NCBI GenBank assembly: GCA_965203905.1
Contig: CBDBDQ010000005.1
Coordinates: 736,001-800,000 of the forward strand
Reading direction: 5' to 3'
DNA length: 64,000 bases
Origin: Spirochaetia bacterium
GTDB lineage: Bacteria > Spirochaetota > Spirochaetia > SZUA-6 > Bin103
Below the pieces are notes generated by a model. It ran no database searches, was not told where the DNA came from, and saw nothing but the letters and a program-made list of their open reading frames with translations. Of the stretch, positions 47,150 to 57,388 are shown piece after piece (within the stretch, counting starts at the first letter, position 1; each line of letters opens with the position of its first letter). A program made the translations under genes and the position numbers.

Positions 47150-48196
47150 TCAACGCAGGCCGGTGGACACCGACGCGTCAACCTCCCAGTACTTCTGCCT
47201 GCCCTGCTTGATCCGGCGGTGGCGGCCGCGCATCGCCGCGTGCGCCTCGGGCGAGCCGTCGTGGAAGCTGCCGAACCACCGGTCCAGCGGCACCAGGGTG
47301 GTACCGTAGTTGCAGTCGAAGTAACGGTGGTGCAGGTAGTGGAAGTAGTCGCCGCTCTTGACGTTGGGCTTCTCGTTCACCTCGATCCGATGGTACCCGC
47401 TGTGGCCGTTGGCCGGCGTCAGCGCGGCGTCCATCAGGTTGTACACCACGTGAATCGGGTGCGACGGCACGATCCAGTGAATCAGGAAGCCGGACAGGTA
47501 GATCAGGTGCTCCAGCGGATGCATCGAGAATCCCGACCACGGCCCCGGATTCACGTTCTTGTGATGGACGTAGTGGGCGGCCCGGTAGTAGGGCTTCCAG
47601 TGCGTCAACCGGTGAGTCCCGTAGAAGTGCGCCTGGCGAAACAGGACGATCAACGGGAACATCACCACGCAGTACACCGGGTTGGTGCGAAACTCCACGA
47701 ACGGCAGCCAGCCGTTGGCGTAGGCCCACATGCTCACCGCCTCGAACGCGGTCCAGATGGTGACGCCGCTGACGAAGTTGTAGAACACGTTGTCCCAGGT
47801 CTGGCTCCCGAACAGGAACTTGCGGTTGCCGGCGTGCGGAAAGTGAGAGTTGTACTTGTAGCGCTCGCCCTGCGACTTCAGCACGTACAGGCGCAGGTGC
47901 ATCGGTCCGGCGACCAGCAGCAGCAGTGCCGCGTTGCGCAGGTAGATCTCGGCGATCCAGCCCAGTCCGAAGGTACGCATGCGCGCCATCTCGGGGGTGA
48001 AGAACAGCCAGGCCACCACGCACAGGCCGGTGTAGATCATCGCCTGCCATCCAAGCAGACCCTCGAGCCCGAACAGGCTGTTGAGCACCTGCTTGATCCG
48101 CCATGGGCGCGAAAACACGGGCGATGGTCCTGGGAGATCCCGGGGCACCCACTCGCCGCGCCGGTCGCGCGGAAAGGAAGTTGCAGCGTTTGCCAC
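47150..48196 (-). CDS. Sterol desaturase / fatty acid hydroxylase family membrane protein
   Basis: His boxes HRLTH, HYVHH and HYLHH; GGAGG RBS. Confidence 0.9.
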   Translation of the reverse strand: MANAATSFPRDRRGEWVPRDLPGPSPVFSRPWRIKQVLNSLFGLEGLLGWQAMIYTGLCVVAWLFFTPEMARMRTFGLGWIAEIYLRNAALLLLVAGPMHLRLYVLKSQGERYKYNSHFPHAGNRKFLFGSQTWDNVFYNFVSGVTIWTAFEAVSMWAYANGWLPFVEFRTNPVYCVVMFPLIVLFRQAHFYGTHRLTHWKPYYRAAHYVHHKNVNPGPWSGFSMHPLEHLIYLSGFLIHWIVPSHPIHVVYNLMDAALTPANGHSGYHRIEVNEKPNVKSGDYFHYLHHRYFDCNYGTTLVPLDRWFGSFHDGSPEAHAAMRGRHRRIKQGRQKYWEVDASVSTGLR

Positions 48197-48252
48197 GGAC
48201 TACTCCTCCCTGCGATGAGATTTATCGATTCTCGTTTCGTTGCGCCGTACGG

Positions 48253-49725
48253 TCAAGGCGGCGGCGCTGGCGACCCGGTCCGTGTCCCTAGCTCGCGCAG
48301 CTTCCGGTTCAGCCACTCCACCATCGGCCCGGCGGCCGGGTCGGACACCTCCACCATGGTCCCGGGAAGCGGCTGGCCGATGAGCGCCTCCACCTCGGCG
48401 CGGCATTCGGCTACCACGCCAGGATGGTCGGCCGCGACGTTGTGGAGCTCCTCGGGGTCGTGGTCGAGGTCGAAAAGCTCGTCGCCACCCTCGTCCGCGT
48501 AACCGACGGCGGTGCAGAAGTTCCAGCGGTCGTCGCGCACGCTGACGCGCGCCCGCGCGTTGACCGACGGTCCGCCGTCCGCCCAGCCGGTGACGATCCG
48601 CTCCCGGATCGCTGCCCTCTCGCCGGTGACCAGCGGCCAGAGGTTCTCGCCCTCGGTCCAGCCACAGGGGACTCCGAGCAGCGACAGAATCGTCGGCATC
48701 AGGTCGTGGTTCTGCACCAGCGCCGTGACGTCGCGGTTGGCCGGCCCGCCGGGGTGGCGCAGGCACAGGTTCAACTGGGTGTTGAACGGATGCAGCTCAC
48801 TCGCCGACTTGCCGAAGCGGCCCTGGTCGCGAAGCTGCGTGCCGTGGTCGGACAGGAAGACCACCAGCGTGTCGTCGAACAGCTTCAGCTCCTCCAGCTT
48901 CTCCAGCAGCACGCCCACCCACTTGTCCACGAACGTGACCTCGCCCAGGTAGAGCGCCTCGATACGGCGCAGCTCCTCCTCGGTGGCGCCGTCGCCTTCC
49001 TGCGCCGCGCCGGGCATGATGAAGTCCTTGCCGTGGTAGCCGGGACAGTAGCGATCGGCGTACGCCGGCGGCGGGTCGAAGGGCTCGTGCGGATCGAAGC
49101 TGTCGATCCACAGGAAGAACGGATGCATGGTGTGATTGTCCTGCAGCCAGTCGCACGCGGCACGGAACACGCGCGCGCAACTGTAGTCCTCCTCCGACCG
49201 CCGGTGGCGCTGGTTGAGCAGGTAGTTGACCAGGGTGGCATGGCGCGGCCAGTCGATCGGCTCGCGCACGTGGTTGCGGAGTTGCTGTTCGATCAGGCGC
49301 GGATCGCCGCTGTTCCAGTTGTCCGACTCCTGGCCCCGAATGCAGTCGAGGTGGGCGAAGCCGCGCGCGAAGTTCATGGTGGGCTTGAACATGTGGTAGG
49401 TGTCGGCGATCAGCGCGGTGAGGTAGCCGCGGGCCAGCAGGACCTCGGCGATGGTGTCCTGGTCGGGCGGGATCTTGTGCCACCCCGGCGCGTGGTGCCA
49501 GTGGCCGCGGCGGTCGAAGTTGTAGCGGAATGGAAAGCTGCGCCGGCCGGTGAACAGCCCGCGCCGAATCTGCAGCGTGGGCTGGCACTCCCCGAAGGCG
49601 CGGGTGAACCTGATGCTTTCCGCGGCCAAGGCGTCGAGATTCGGCGTCCGCACGTGGCTGTACTTCTTCCCCGGGCCCACGATGTCGGCGCGAAAGGTAT
49701 CGAGGCAGATGCACACTACGTTCAT
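48253..49725 (-). CDS. Sulfatase-fold hydrolase with Thr at the formylglycine position
   Basis: CLDTFRAD, PTLQIRRGLFTGR, FDPHEPF, FLSDHG and ELFDL motifs. Confidence 0.85.
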   Translation of the reverse strand: MNVVCICLDTFRADIVGPGKKYSHVRTPNLDALAAESIRFTRAFGECQPTLQIRRGLFTGRRSFPFRYNFDRRGHWHHAPGWHKIPPDQDTIAEVLLARGYLTALIADTYHMFKPTMNFARGFAHLDCIRGQESDNWNSGDPRLIEQQLRNHVREPIDWPRHATLVNYLLNQRHRRSEEDYSCARVFRAACDWLQDNHTMHPFFLWIDSFDPHEPFDPPPAYADRYCPGYHGKDFIMPGAAQEGDGATEEELRRIEALYLGEVTFVDKWVGVLLEKLEELKLFDDTLVVFLSDHGTQLRDQGRFGKSASELHPFNTQLNLCLRHPGGPANRDVTALVQNHDLMPTILSLLGVPCGWTEGENLWPLVTGERAAIRERIVTGWADGGPSVNARARVSVRDDRWNFCTAVGYADEGGDELFDLDHDPEELHNVAADHPGVVAECRAEVEALIGQPLPGTMVEVSDPAAGPMVEWLNRKLRELGTRTGSPAPPP

Positions 49726-49750
49726 CCTGGCTGGACCGTACGCGCGGGGC

Positions 49751-50590
49751 TTAACGATTCAGCAATGGTTCGTCGCCGCGGCGCTCGCGGTAGCCGGCGA
49801 CCATGATGCCGGGCGTGCTGGTGTTGACGCCGTTGTGCTGGCCGTTGTGCGGATGCCGGTAGCCGACGCGCACCATGCGCCGGGTCCGATCGGTGGCGTT
49901 GATGTAGGAACCGTGCACGGTGTAGTAGCTGAACACCACCACGTCGCCGCGTTTAGCCGGCACCGCAACCGAATCGGCGAGCCGGTACCGGTCGGTGGGC
50001 AGGTGCGGCGCCGACGGCTCCTCCTCGGTGCCGAGGATGTGGGGCAGGGGACCCTGCTTGTGGGAGCCGGCCAGAAAGCGGATCTCGCCGTTGTCGTGGC
50101 AGGTGTCGTCGAGGTGGATCAGCACGTCCGCGTAGCGGCCGTCGTCGTGCGGGTAAAAGGGATGATCCTGGTGCATCGGAAACGGCTGGCCGCCCGGCGG
50201 CTTGTTGTGCATCACCGAGTGGTGCAGCTCGATGTCCGGCCCCAGGAGTTGCACCAGGCCCGCCACCAGCTTCGGGTTGGTCACCGCCGCCAGCCACGGC
50301 TGGGAGTAGCAGGACAGCTCGTGCATCGCTTCGAGGCTCGCCGTCTTCTCGGTTTCCTCGTCCATGTAGACCTTGCGCCAGGGCCCGGTCCAGCGCTTGT
50401 CGACGGTCGCCCATTCGCGCGCCAGCCGGTCCAGGTCGTCCGCCAGCGCCTGGCTTTCGGCCGGCGTGAACACCGCCGGAATCCGCAGGAATCCGTTCTC
50501 GCGATAGAACTCGACGTCCGCCTGGTTGAGCGGGCCGGACTGGACGGTGCTGCCGTTGGCAGTGGTGCTGACCAGCGTTTCCGTTTCCAT
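49751..50590 (-). CDS. PhyH-family dioxygenase
   Basis: FYRENGFL, FPMHQD and TVHGSYIN motifs. Confidence 0.9.
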   Translation of the reverse strand: METETLVSTTANGSTVQSGPLNQADVEFYRENGFLRIPAVFTPAESQALADDLDRLAREWATVDKRWTGPWRKVYMDEETEKTASLEAMHELSCYSQPWLAAVTNPKLVAGLVQLLGPDIELHHSVMHNKPPGGQPFPMHQDHPFYPHDDGRYADVLIHLDDTCHDNGEIRFLAGSHKQGPLPHILGTEEEPSAPHLPTDRYRLADSVAVPAKRGDVVVFSYYTVHGSYINATDRTRRMVRVGYRHPHNGQHNGVNTSTPGIMVAGYRERRGDEPLLNR

Positions 50591-50675
50591 GATTGTCACG
50601 ATATTCCGTTGACTCTGTTCCGGCAAGTTGCTGACAGGCCGCGCTCGCTCGCCTATTCTGCAGCGACAGGCGCAG

Positions 50676-51428
50676 ATGCAGAGCATAGTCGCGATTGGAG
50701 GAGGAGACCTCCACACGCTGGCCACCGAGCCGATCGACCGCGCCGTCATCGAGCTTTCCGGACGCGCGTCGCCGAACGTCCTGTTCGTGCCCACCGCGAG
50801 CAGCGACTCGGCCGAGTACTGGGAAGCGTTCGACCACGCCTATCGCACCGTCTACGGCTGTCGCACCGACGTGCTGTTTCTGCTCGGCGCGACGCCTCCC
50901 GCGGAACGGATTGCGGCCAAGGTGCGCTGGGCCGACGTCGTCTACGTGGGCGGCGGCAACACTCTCAAGATGATGCGGCGCTGGCGCCGGCTGGGAGTCG
51001 ACGCGCTGCTGCGGGAAGCCCATGCCGGCGGTACGGTGCTGTGCGGCGTCAGCGCGGGCGCCATCTGCTGGTTCGAGCGCGGCCACAGCGACTCGATGTC
51101 GTTCTATCACCCCGAGGCATGGAGCTACATCGCCGTCACCGGCGTGGGTCTGCTCCCCGGCATGGCATGTCCGCACTACGACGGCCACACCGCCGGCGTG
51201 CCGCGCCGGGACGACTTCCACGCCATGCTGCGCAAGCAGGGCGGCCCCGGCCTGGCGCTGGACGAGCTCTGCGGCGTCGCCTTCGTGGACGCCGAGTACC
51301 GCGTGCTGTCGGCGACCGGCGAGGCTGCCGCGTACACGCACGCGGTCCACCGCGGCCGGGTCGTCGAGCGCCGCCTTCCCGCCAGCCCCGACTTCCGTCC
51401 GGCGACCGAGCTGTTCCGGACCGCGTAG
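50676..51428 (+). CDS. Peptidase E (S51) family
   Basis: IVAIGGG, FVPTAS, YVGGGNT, GVSAGA (nucleophile Ser) and CPHYD motifs. Confidence 0.9.
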   Translation: MQSIVAIGGGDLHTLATEPIDRAVIELSGRASPNVLFVPTASSDSAEYWEAFDHAYRTVYGCRTDVLFLLGATPPAERIAAKVRWADVVYVGGGNTLKMMRRWRRLGVDALLREAHAGGTVLCGVSAGAICWFERGHSDSMSFYHPEAWSYIAVTGVGLLPGMACPHYDGHTAGVPRRDDFHAMLRKQGGPGLALDELCGVAFVDAEYRVLSATGEAAAYTHAVHRGRVVERRLPASPDFRPATELFRTA

Positions 51429-51556
51429 CGAACCGCCTCCTGTACAACGGCCGCGCCACCAGCGACCACCAGCGCGGAACCCGGTGCCGTGCGGTCCCCC
51501 GGTCGACTATACTGGAGCCCCAAACCCTTCAGCCGACGGCTGGAAAGGAGCAACAT

Positions 51557-52069
51557 ATGGCACGTGGAGTTACCCTCGCAGGAAACCCGCTTACTCTCGC
51601 GGGCGAGGAATTGAGCGTCGGGCAGCAGGCCCCCGACTTCACCCTGCACTACTTCGAAGACGGCATGCACGAGTTGACGCTCGCCGATCTCAAGGGCAAG
51701 CCGACCCTGGTCAGCGTGGTCCCGTCGCTGGACACGCCGGTCTGCGCGACGCAGACCACCCGCTTCAACGAGGAGCTCGCCGCCCTGGGCGACAGCGTCA
51801 ACGCGGTGACGGTGAGCTGCGACCTGCCCTTTGCCCAGGCGCGCTTCTGCGGCGCCGAGGATATCGGCAACATGCGCACCGGAAGCGACTACCGGGAACG
51901 CTCGTTCGGCGCCGACTGGGGCACGCTGATCAATGAGCTGAAGATTCTGGCCCGCGCCGTGTACGTCCTGGATGCCGACGGCAAGGTTGTCTACGGGCAA
52001 CTCGTGCCGGAGGTGACCGAAGAACCGGACTACGCGGCGGCCCTGGCCGCGCTCAAGGGGTTGCTGTAG
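51557..52069 (+). CDS. tpx: Thiol peroxidase
   Basis: VVPSLDTPVC, DLPFAQARFCG and EPDY motifs; AAGGAG RBS. Confidence 0.95.
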   Translation: MARGVTLAGNPLTLAGEELSVGQQAPDFTLHYFEDGMHELTLADLKGKPTLVSVVPSLDTPVCATQTTRFNEELAALGDSVNAVTVSCDLPFAQARFCGAEDIGNMRTGSDYRERSFGADWGTLINELKILARAVYVLDADGKVVYGQLVPEVTEEPDYAAALAALKGLL

Positions 52070-52090
52070 CAGCGACGCCCCGGTGGGACA

Positions 52091-53086
52091 TCAGCGGGGG
52101 CTGGGCGACGGCGTCAGGCGCGCTCCGCGGCCCGGTTCGCGTTGGCGATGCCGGTCAGCAGGTCCATCGCGTGCAGCGATCGCCTCGGCCTGGTACAGGA
52201 AGCCGTGCTGGTTCGGGTACGAGGTGGGGAGGCTCACCGCCCCCGGCAGCGGGTATTCGAACACCTGCGCCGGCACGTTGTCGGTCTGATACAGGGAGGG
52301 CACTCCGCCCGCTTCCGGCACCCGCACGGTGAGCCGGGTCGGACAGTGGGCGGGCCGCTGCAGCGTGATCCGCCCCTCGCTACCGACGACCTCGGTGGTC
52401 TCGGGTGATTCGCACGCTCGCGGCGGAAAGGTGAGCACCGCGCAGCGGTCGGCGCCGTACTCCGCCACGGCGGCACTGGCGTTGCGTCCGGCGACGGCAA
52501 TCGCGGTGGGTCTGGCCGCGCCGCCGAACCCCAGGGGCGGGGCCTGGATCGCGTAGATGGGGTCGAAGAAGTCGGACTGCACCAGCACCACGTCGCCGAT
52601 GGCGCCCTCCTCGATGAGGAAGCGGGCGTGCTCCACCGCCGGGAAGTAGCGCGTCCACATGCCGTCCTGCAGCATCACGCCGCGCGCATCCGCTGCCGCG
52701 TACATGGCGCGCGCGTCGGCCGCGGTCTCCGCCAGCGGCTTCTCGCACAGCACGTGCTTGCCGGCGGCGAGCGCCAGCAGCGTGTGCTCGCGGTGCAGCC
52801 GGTTGATGGTCCCGACGTAGACGATGTCCACCTCCGAAGACGCCGCCAGCTCAGCGTAACCGGCGCAGGCCGTGGCGATTCCGTGCCGCCGCGCGAACCG
52901 GCGCGCACGTTCCGGATCGCGGGCGGCCACCGCGGTCACGCTGGCTCCCGGACACGCCGCCAGGCTCGCCACCCACTGCGCCGAAATGCTTCCCGTGCCG
53001 ATGATCCCCCAGCGCAACGGATGCGCGACGTCGGCGGCGTCGGTCAGCCCTAGACGCAGGTCCAGCGGGATCGCAGCGGCCCTCAC
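52091..53086 (-). CDS. Gfo/Idh/MocA oxidoreductase, C-terminus probably frameshifted
   Basis: LRWGIIGTGSI, GKHVLCEKP and MWTRYFP motifs; GTG overlaps the GH116 stop. Confidence 0.85.
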   Translation of the reverse strand: MRAAAIPLDLRLGLTDAADVAHPLRWGIIGTGSISAQWVASLAACPGASVTAVAARDPERARRFARRHGIATACAGYAELAASSEVDIVYVGTINRLHREHTLLALAAGKHVLCEKPLAETAADARAMYAAADARGVMLQDGMWTRYFPAVEHARFLIEEGAIGDVVLVQSDFFDPIYAIQAPPLGFGGAARPTAIAVAGRNASAAVAEYGADRCAVLTFPPRACESPETTEVVGSEGRITLQRPAHCPTRLTVRVPEAGGVPSLYQTDNVPAQVFEYPLPGAVSLPTSYPNQHGFLYQAEAIAARDGPADRHRQREPGRGARLTPSPSPR

Positions 53087-55743
53087 GTCGCGCACTCCAC
53101 GACCAGTTCCTGCCCCGCGGCCAGCGTCACCCGGTCCGGGAACGCCACGCTGCGCCCGCCGGCGTGCTGCACCCGCACCGGCGTGGCGGGCACCTCCGGA
53201 TCCGCCGATCGCAGGGTAGCGCCGGTCACCCGGTCCGCCCGCTTGGACGGGACGCGCAGCGTGCTCAGCGTGAGCGCGCCGGCCAGCAGCGCCAGGGCGA
53301 GCCGGTCCGGCGCCATGGCGAAGGTGCCCCAGCCGCAATCCAGCGACCACACGGTACGGTAGCCCTCCTCCGGCGCCTGCAGCGGGTCGAAGCCGATCAT
53401 GCCGTGCACCATGTCGTATTCGAAGCCGCTGAAGGTGGGGATCAGCGACCAGGCCGCCATCGAGCGGGCGTAGTTGGAACCGCACTCGAACTCGTTCCAG
53501 GGGTTGCGCCGGGCGCCGTCGTAGCGGTCGCGGATCGCCGCCACCGCGCTCAGCCCCTCCTCTACCAGCCCCTCCTGAATCATCAGGATCGCTGCCTGGT
53601 ACTCGTACCCGTTCTGGGTCTCGCCGGCGTAGGGCAGCGGCACCACCGGCCGGTAGGTGCCCTGCGGCCAGTCGCTGATCACCAGGCCCCCTTCCCCGTT
53701 CATGCAGTAGATGCGGCAGGCGTTGAAGAAGTCGCGCATCGAACCCTTGAAGTTGTTGCGGTATAGCGAGCGCAGCGCCGTACGCCGTTGCTCCGGGTCG
53801 AACAGGTTGCCCAGGCCGCACAGGTTGGCGTGCCACTGAGCGTTCAGCTGATCGATCTCCGAGCCCTCGGCGATCTGGTACTTGATCTCGCCCGCCTCCT
53901 CGTTCCAGTAGGTGGCGACGACGTCGGGGTCGGAGGGCAGAAACCGCTCCAGGATCGAGCGGTCGCGCACGTCGATCTGCTGGTGATACCAGGAGCCGTT
54001 GAACAGGTGCTCGTCCACCCAGCGCCGGCCGCGCTGGAACAGGCGCCGATACTCGCCGGCGGTCTCCACCTCGCCGAGATGTTCCGCCATCTCCGCGCCC
54101 GCCTTGAGGGCACCGAGGTAGAAGCCGGTGAGCCAGGAGTTGGGGCCGAACAGCTCCATGTCCAGGGTATGGTGCTGGCGGCCTTCCAGGACGCCGTCGC
54201 GGTCGGCGTCCCAGCGGTCCTCGTTGCTCTCCGCCCAGGCGAACTCGATCGACTTCTTCACCGCGGGCCAGAGGCGCCGCAGCCAGTCGCTGTCGCCACA
54301 GATCTTCCAGTCGCGGTAGGTCTTGATCACGCCGCCGAACTGGCCGTCCGCGCAGGGCCGGAAGGGGGTGCGCTCCGCGCCGAGCGGCAGCCGCAGGCGG
54401 AACCCCATGCCGCCGTCCGGGCGCTGGTTGTAGGTGAAGTCGAGGTCGCGCATCGACCGCTCCAGCTTCGGAAACAGGAACGGCAACGCGTAGGCGTAGT
54501 TCCAGACGTGGGTGCAGGAGCCCTCGCAGCAGCCTTCTTCCGGTCGCAGTCCCTCGAAGCCGTAGAACGATCCGTCGGTGAGGCGCAGGCAGGTAGGGGT
54601 CTTCAGCACCGCCAGGTTGGCCGCGGCCGCCTCCAGCGCGGCGGGCGGCAGGGTGGAGCCGTACAACGCCTCCTTGAACCGCACCGTCTCGCCGTACAGG
54701 CGGTCCCAGTGCCGCAGGGCGTAGCGGGCGCTGGCGGCGGAGTCCTCGAACAGCGTGGCGTAGTAGTTCTTCCAGGTCGGCGGCGTGGCCGGGGCCTCGC
54801 GCTCCGCGCCGGACGCCCAGTACTTGGCGAAGTTGGGAAAGCTCCAGGAGATGACGAAGCGCACGCCGCGCTCGGCGCCCGGCTCCAGGTCGAAGGAGGC
54901 TCCCAGCGTGCCGGTGTCGCCGCTCTCGAAGCGGACCCTGCCCGGTGCGGCCTCACCATGAGAATAGCGGCGCTCCGGCATCGGACCGGGCGCGGCGAAC
55001 TCGCGCCAGTACACCTCCAGGCTGTCGAACCAGGCGCCGCGGAACCAGCATTCCTGGGCCCACACCTCCGCGCCGCAGGCGGCGGCATCGGTGGCCACGC
55101 ACAGGTCGCCGCGCGCGGGGTCGTCGTCCGCCTCCCCGGTGCGGCTCAGCTTGAGCGTCGCCGGGCCGTCCGCGTGGCCGGCGGCCGGCTCGAAGGCGTT
55201 GCGGCTGGCGCCCAGCGGCGCCGGGTTGGACAGCGACATCGCCACCGTGTAGCGCACCGCCGCGCTGTCGGTGTTGCGTACCTGAATCTCGAAGAACGCC
55301 GCGGGAATGCTGGAGTCGCGGTCGTTGAGGGGAATGAACGGGTTGAACGCGGTAATCGCCACGGCTCCGGGGAACGCCGCGCAGGAAAACTCCAGGTGCG
55401 CGAGCGGAAACTCGCCGCGGAACGTCACCTCCTCCATGTGCGGTGCGCCGGCCATGCGCCCGCGCTGCGGGCCGAAGCCGAACCGTTCGGCGGCGCCCTC
55501 CATCAGTTCGCCGGTATGCTCGGTGGTCAGGTCGCCGTTGAGGACGCGCGCGTCGAGCAGCCGCCCGTCGCGTTCCGCCTTTACGGCGAAGTGGCTGTAG
55601 CCGTTGATGCTGCCCTTGTTGGGGCGGTTGAAGATCTCCCAGTCGATCAGCCGGCCGCTGCCGGCCAAGCCGATGCAGCCGCTGCCGATGCCCCCGAGCG
55701 GAAACGAGATCTGGTTCAGGCGATCGCCGGTGTACACACCCAT
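53083..55743 (-). CDS. GH116 (non-lysosomal glucosylceramidase / beta-glucosidase family)
   Basis: FPLGGIGSG, DWEIFNRP, GSCTHVWNY, QHHTLDME and ECGSNYARSMA motifs. Confidence 0.92.
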   Translation of the reverse strand: MGVYTGDRLNQISFPLGGIGSGCIGLAGSGRLIDWEIFNRPNKGSINGYSHFAVKAERDGRLLDARVLNGDLTTEHTGELMEGAAERFGFGPQRGRMAGAPHMEEVTFRGEFPLAHLEFSCAAFPGAVAITAFNPFIPLNDRDSSIPAAFFEIQVRNTDSAAVRYTVAMSLSNPAPLGASRNAFEPAAGHADGPATLKLSRTGEADDDPARGDLCVATDAAACGAEVWAQECWFRGAWFDSLEVYWREFAAPGPMPERRYSHGEAAPGRVRFESGDTGTLGASFDLEPGAERGVRFVISWSFPNFAKYWASGAEREAPATPPTWKNYYATLFEDSAASARYALRHWDRLYGETVRFKEALYGSTLPPAALEAAAANLAVLKTPTCLRLTDGSFYGFEGLRPEEGCCEGSCTHVWNYAYALPFLFPKLERSMRDLDFTYNQRPDGGMGFRLRLPLGAERTPFRPCADGQFGGVIKTYRDWKICGDSDWLRRLWPAVKKSIEFAWAESNEDRWDADRDGVLEGRQHHTLDMELFGPNSWLTGFYLGALKAGAEMAEHLGEVETAGEYRRLFQRGRRWVDEHLFNGSWYHQQIDVRDRSILERFLPSDPDVVATYWNEEAGEIKYQIAEGSEIDQLNAQWHANLCGLGNLFDPEQRRTALRSLYRNNFKGSMRDFFNACRIYCMNGEGGLVISDWPQGTYRPVVPLPYAGETQNGYEYQAAILMIQEGLVEEGLSAVAAIRDRYDGARRNPWNEFECGSNYARSMAAWSLIPTFSGFEYDMVHGMIGFDPLQAPEEGYRTVWSLDCGWGTFAMAPDRLALALLAGALTLSTLRVPSKRADRVTGATLRSADPEVPATPVRVQHAGGRSVAFPDRVTLAAGQELVVECAT

Positions 55744-55900
55744 GTTCTTCCACCGTAGTGCGCACTGTGAAGCCGTGTCGAGCCGGCTCGATCATGCCGG
55801 AATCATGCGACCGTGACGGCGGCTGTCGGGTTGACAGAAGCCGCGCCGCGGGGACACACAAGGTGAGGATGCGCCTCTTCGACACCGCGGCGCCGGTCCC

Positions 55901-57355
55901 ATGACACGGCACAAGAGCGTGCTGCTGCTCTGTGCGGACATGGCTTCGGCGGTGCACTTCTCCTGCTACGGCGGCCCCGCCGGCCTGACGCCTGCGATCG
56001 ATTCATTGGCGGCGAACGGGATCCGCTTCAGCAACGCCTACTGCGCCTGCCCGCCGTGCATCCCCGCACGGGTGTCGATGATGTGCGGCCAGTACGGACA
56101 CACCCATGGCAAGTCCGCACACCTGAAGATGCCGCTCGCACCGCAGCCGGCGCTCCTGCCCGGGATACTCGCGGCGAACGGCTACCGCACCGGGATCGTG
56201 GGCAAGACGCATTGGTGGCCGCCCAACTCAAACCTGGGGTGCCAGGACACGTTTCTGACCATCGACAACCACCTGTCCCCCGAACTGGGAGAGCAGGACG
56301 CGTACCTGCGCTTTCTCCGCGAACAGGGGCTGTTCCGCTACGATCCGGCCACCTGGATCGAAGAAAAGGATCGGGTCGAGGCGCGGAACCTCCCATTCAG
56401 TTGCAGCAAGGTCAATTGGACCGGCGATACCGCGTGCCGTCTACTCGAAGACTACGCCGGGAGAGACGATCCGTTCTTCCTGTTCTGCTCCTTCGTGGAG
56501 CCGCACGGCGGTTCGAGAGACGCGCTGAGGAACGCCCCGGAGGCGCTGCGATCGCGCCTGGAAGCAATCCGCCTGCCCCCGATCATTGAAGACTCCGGCG
56601 AACACAAGCCGGCACCTCAGCAGCGCGCCGTACGAGAGCTGTCGAACAGACCGGCGCACGAAAAGGAGGAGTACCGGCGCAACGTATGCAACGACATCGC
56701 CATGGTGGACCGCAACATCGGCAAGGTTCTGCGCAAGGTGAACGACCTCGGCCTGGGCGATGACCTGCTGGTCCTGTTCACCACCGACCACGGCGACCTC
56801 ATGTTCGACCACGGTTGCATCGAAAAGACGATTCTCTACGAACGGTCGATACGGGTTCCCTTCATCATGAGCGGTCCCGATGTGCCATCCGGCGAATCAA
56901 GACGCCAGCTCGCGAGTCACATCGATCTCCTGCCGACCTTGCTCGACTGCGTGGCGATTCCCGAGCGGCCCGAGTGGAACATCGAAGGGCGCAGCCTGCT
57001 GCCGGTAGTGCGAGACGCCGGAGAGAAGGGCCGGGAGTACCTCTACTGCGAGTCCGACCAGACGCTCCATCTCCGTCACCTGGTGCAGAGCTGCCAATCC
57101 AAGGTCGTGCGGCACGGGGACCTGAAATACATCTACACGCTGGTGGACGGCCGTCATGAGTACGAGGAGCTGTACGATCTGGCCGCGGACCCCGAGGAAC
57201 TGGAAAACCTGGTTCCGTCCGGCCGCCTCGGAGTCGCGCGGGAACACCTTCGCCGGGAGCTGCTCCGCTGGCTGACTGCCACCGAGATCAGTCGCCTGCA
57301 TCCGGTCCCTGAGAATCACTACCAGGTGCCCCGGATCGCCAGGAAGTACTTGTAG
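55901..57355 (+). CDS. Cys-type sulfatase
   Basis: CIPARVSMMCG, VGKTHW, FTTDHGD and ELYDLAADPEE motifs. Confidence 0.92.
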   Translation: MTRHKSVLLLCADMASAVHFSCYGGPAGLTPAIDSLAANGIRFSNAYCACPPCIPARVSMMCGQYGHTHGKSAHLKMPLAPQPALLPGILAANGYRTGIVGKTHWWPPNSNLGCQDTFLTIDNHLSPELGEQDAYLRFLREQGLFRYDPATWIEEKDRVEARNLPFSCSKVNWTGDTACRLLEDYAGRDDPFFLFCSFVEPHGGSRDALRNAPEALRSRLEAIRLPPIIEDSGEHKPAPQQRAVRELSNRPAHEKEEYRRNVCNDIAMVDRNIGKVLRKVNDLGLGDDLLVLFTTDHGDLMFDHGCIEKTILYERSIRVPFIMSGPDVPSGESRRQLASHIDLLPTLLDCVAIPERPEWNIEGRSLLPVVRDAGEKGREYLYCESDQTLHLRHLVQSCQSKVVRHGDLKYIYTLVDGRHEYEELYDLAADPEELENLVPSGRLGVAREHLRRELLRWLTATEISRLHPVPENHYQVPRIARKYL

Positions 57356-57388
57356 CGCAGGCGCCGGCGAGGTCGCCGCGGGCGGGCG

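Noticed and set aside
49550-51556. 839-aa ORF suggesting a Tpx fusion
   Set aside because: The extension overlaps the PhyH and peptidase E genes; tpx has its own RBS and ATG at 51557
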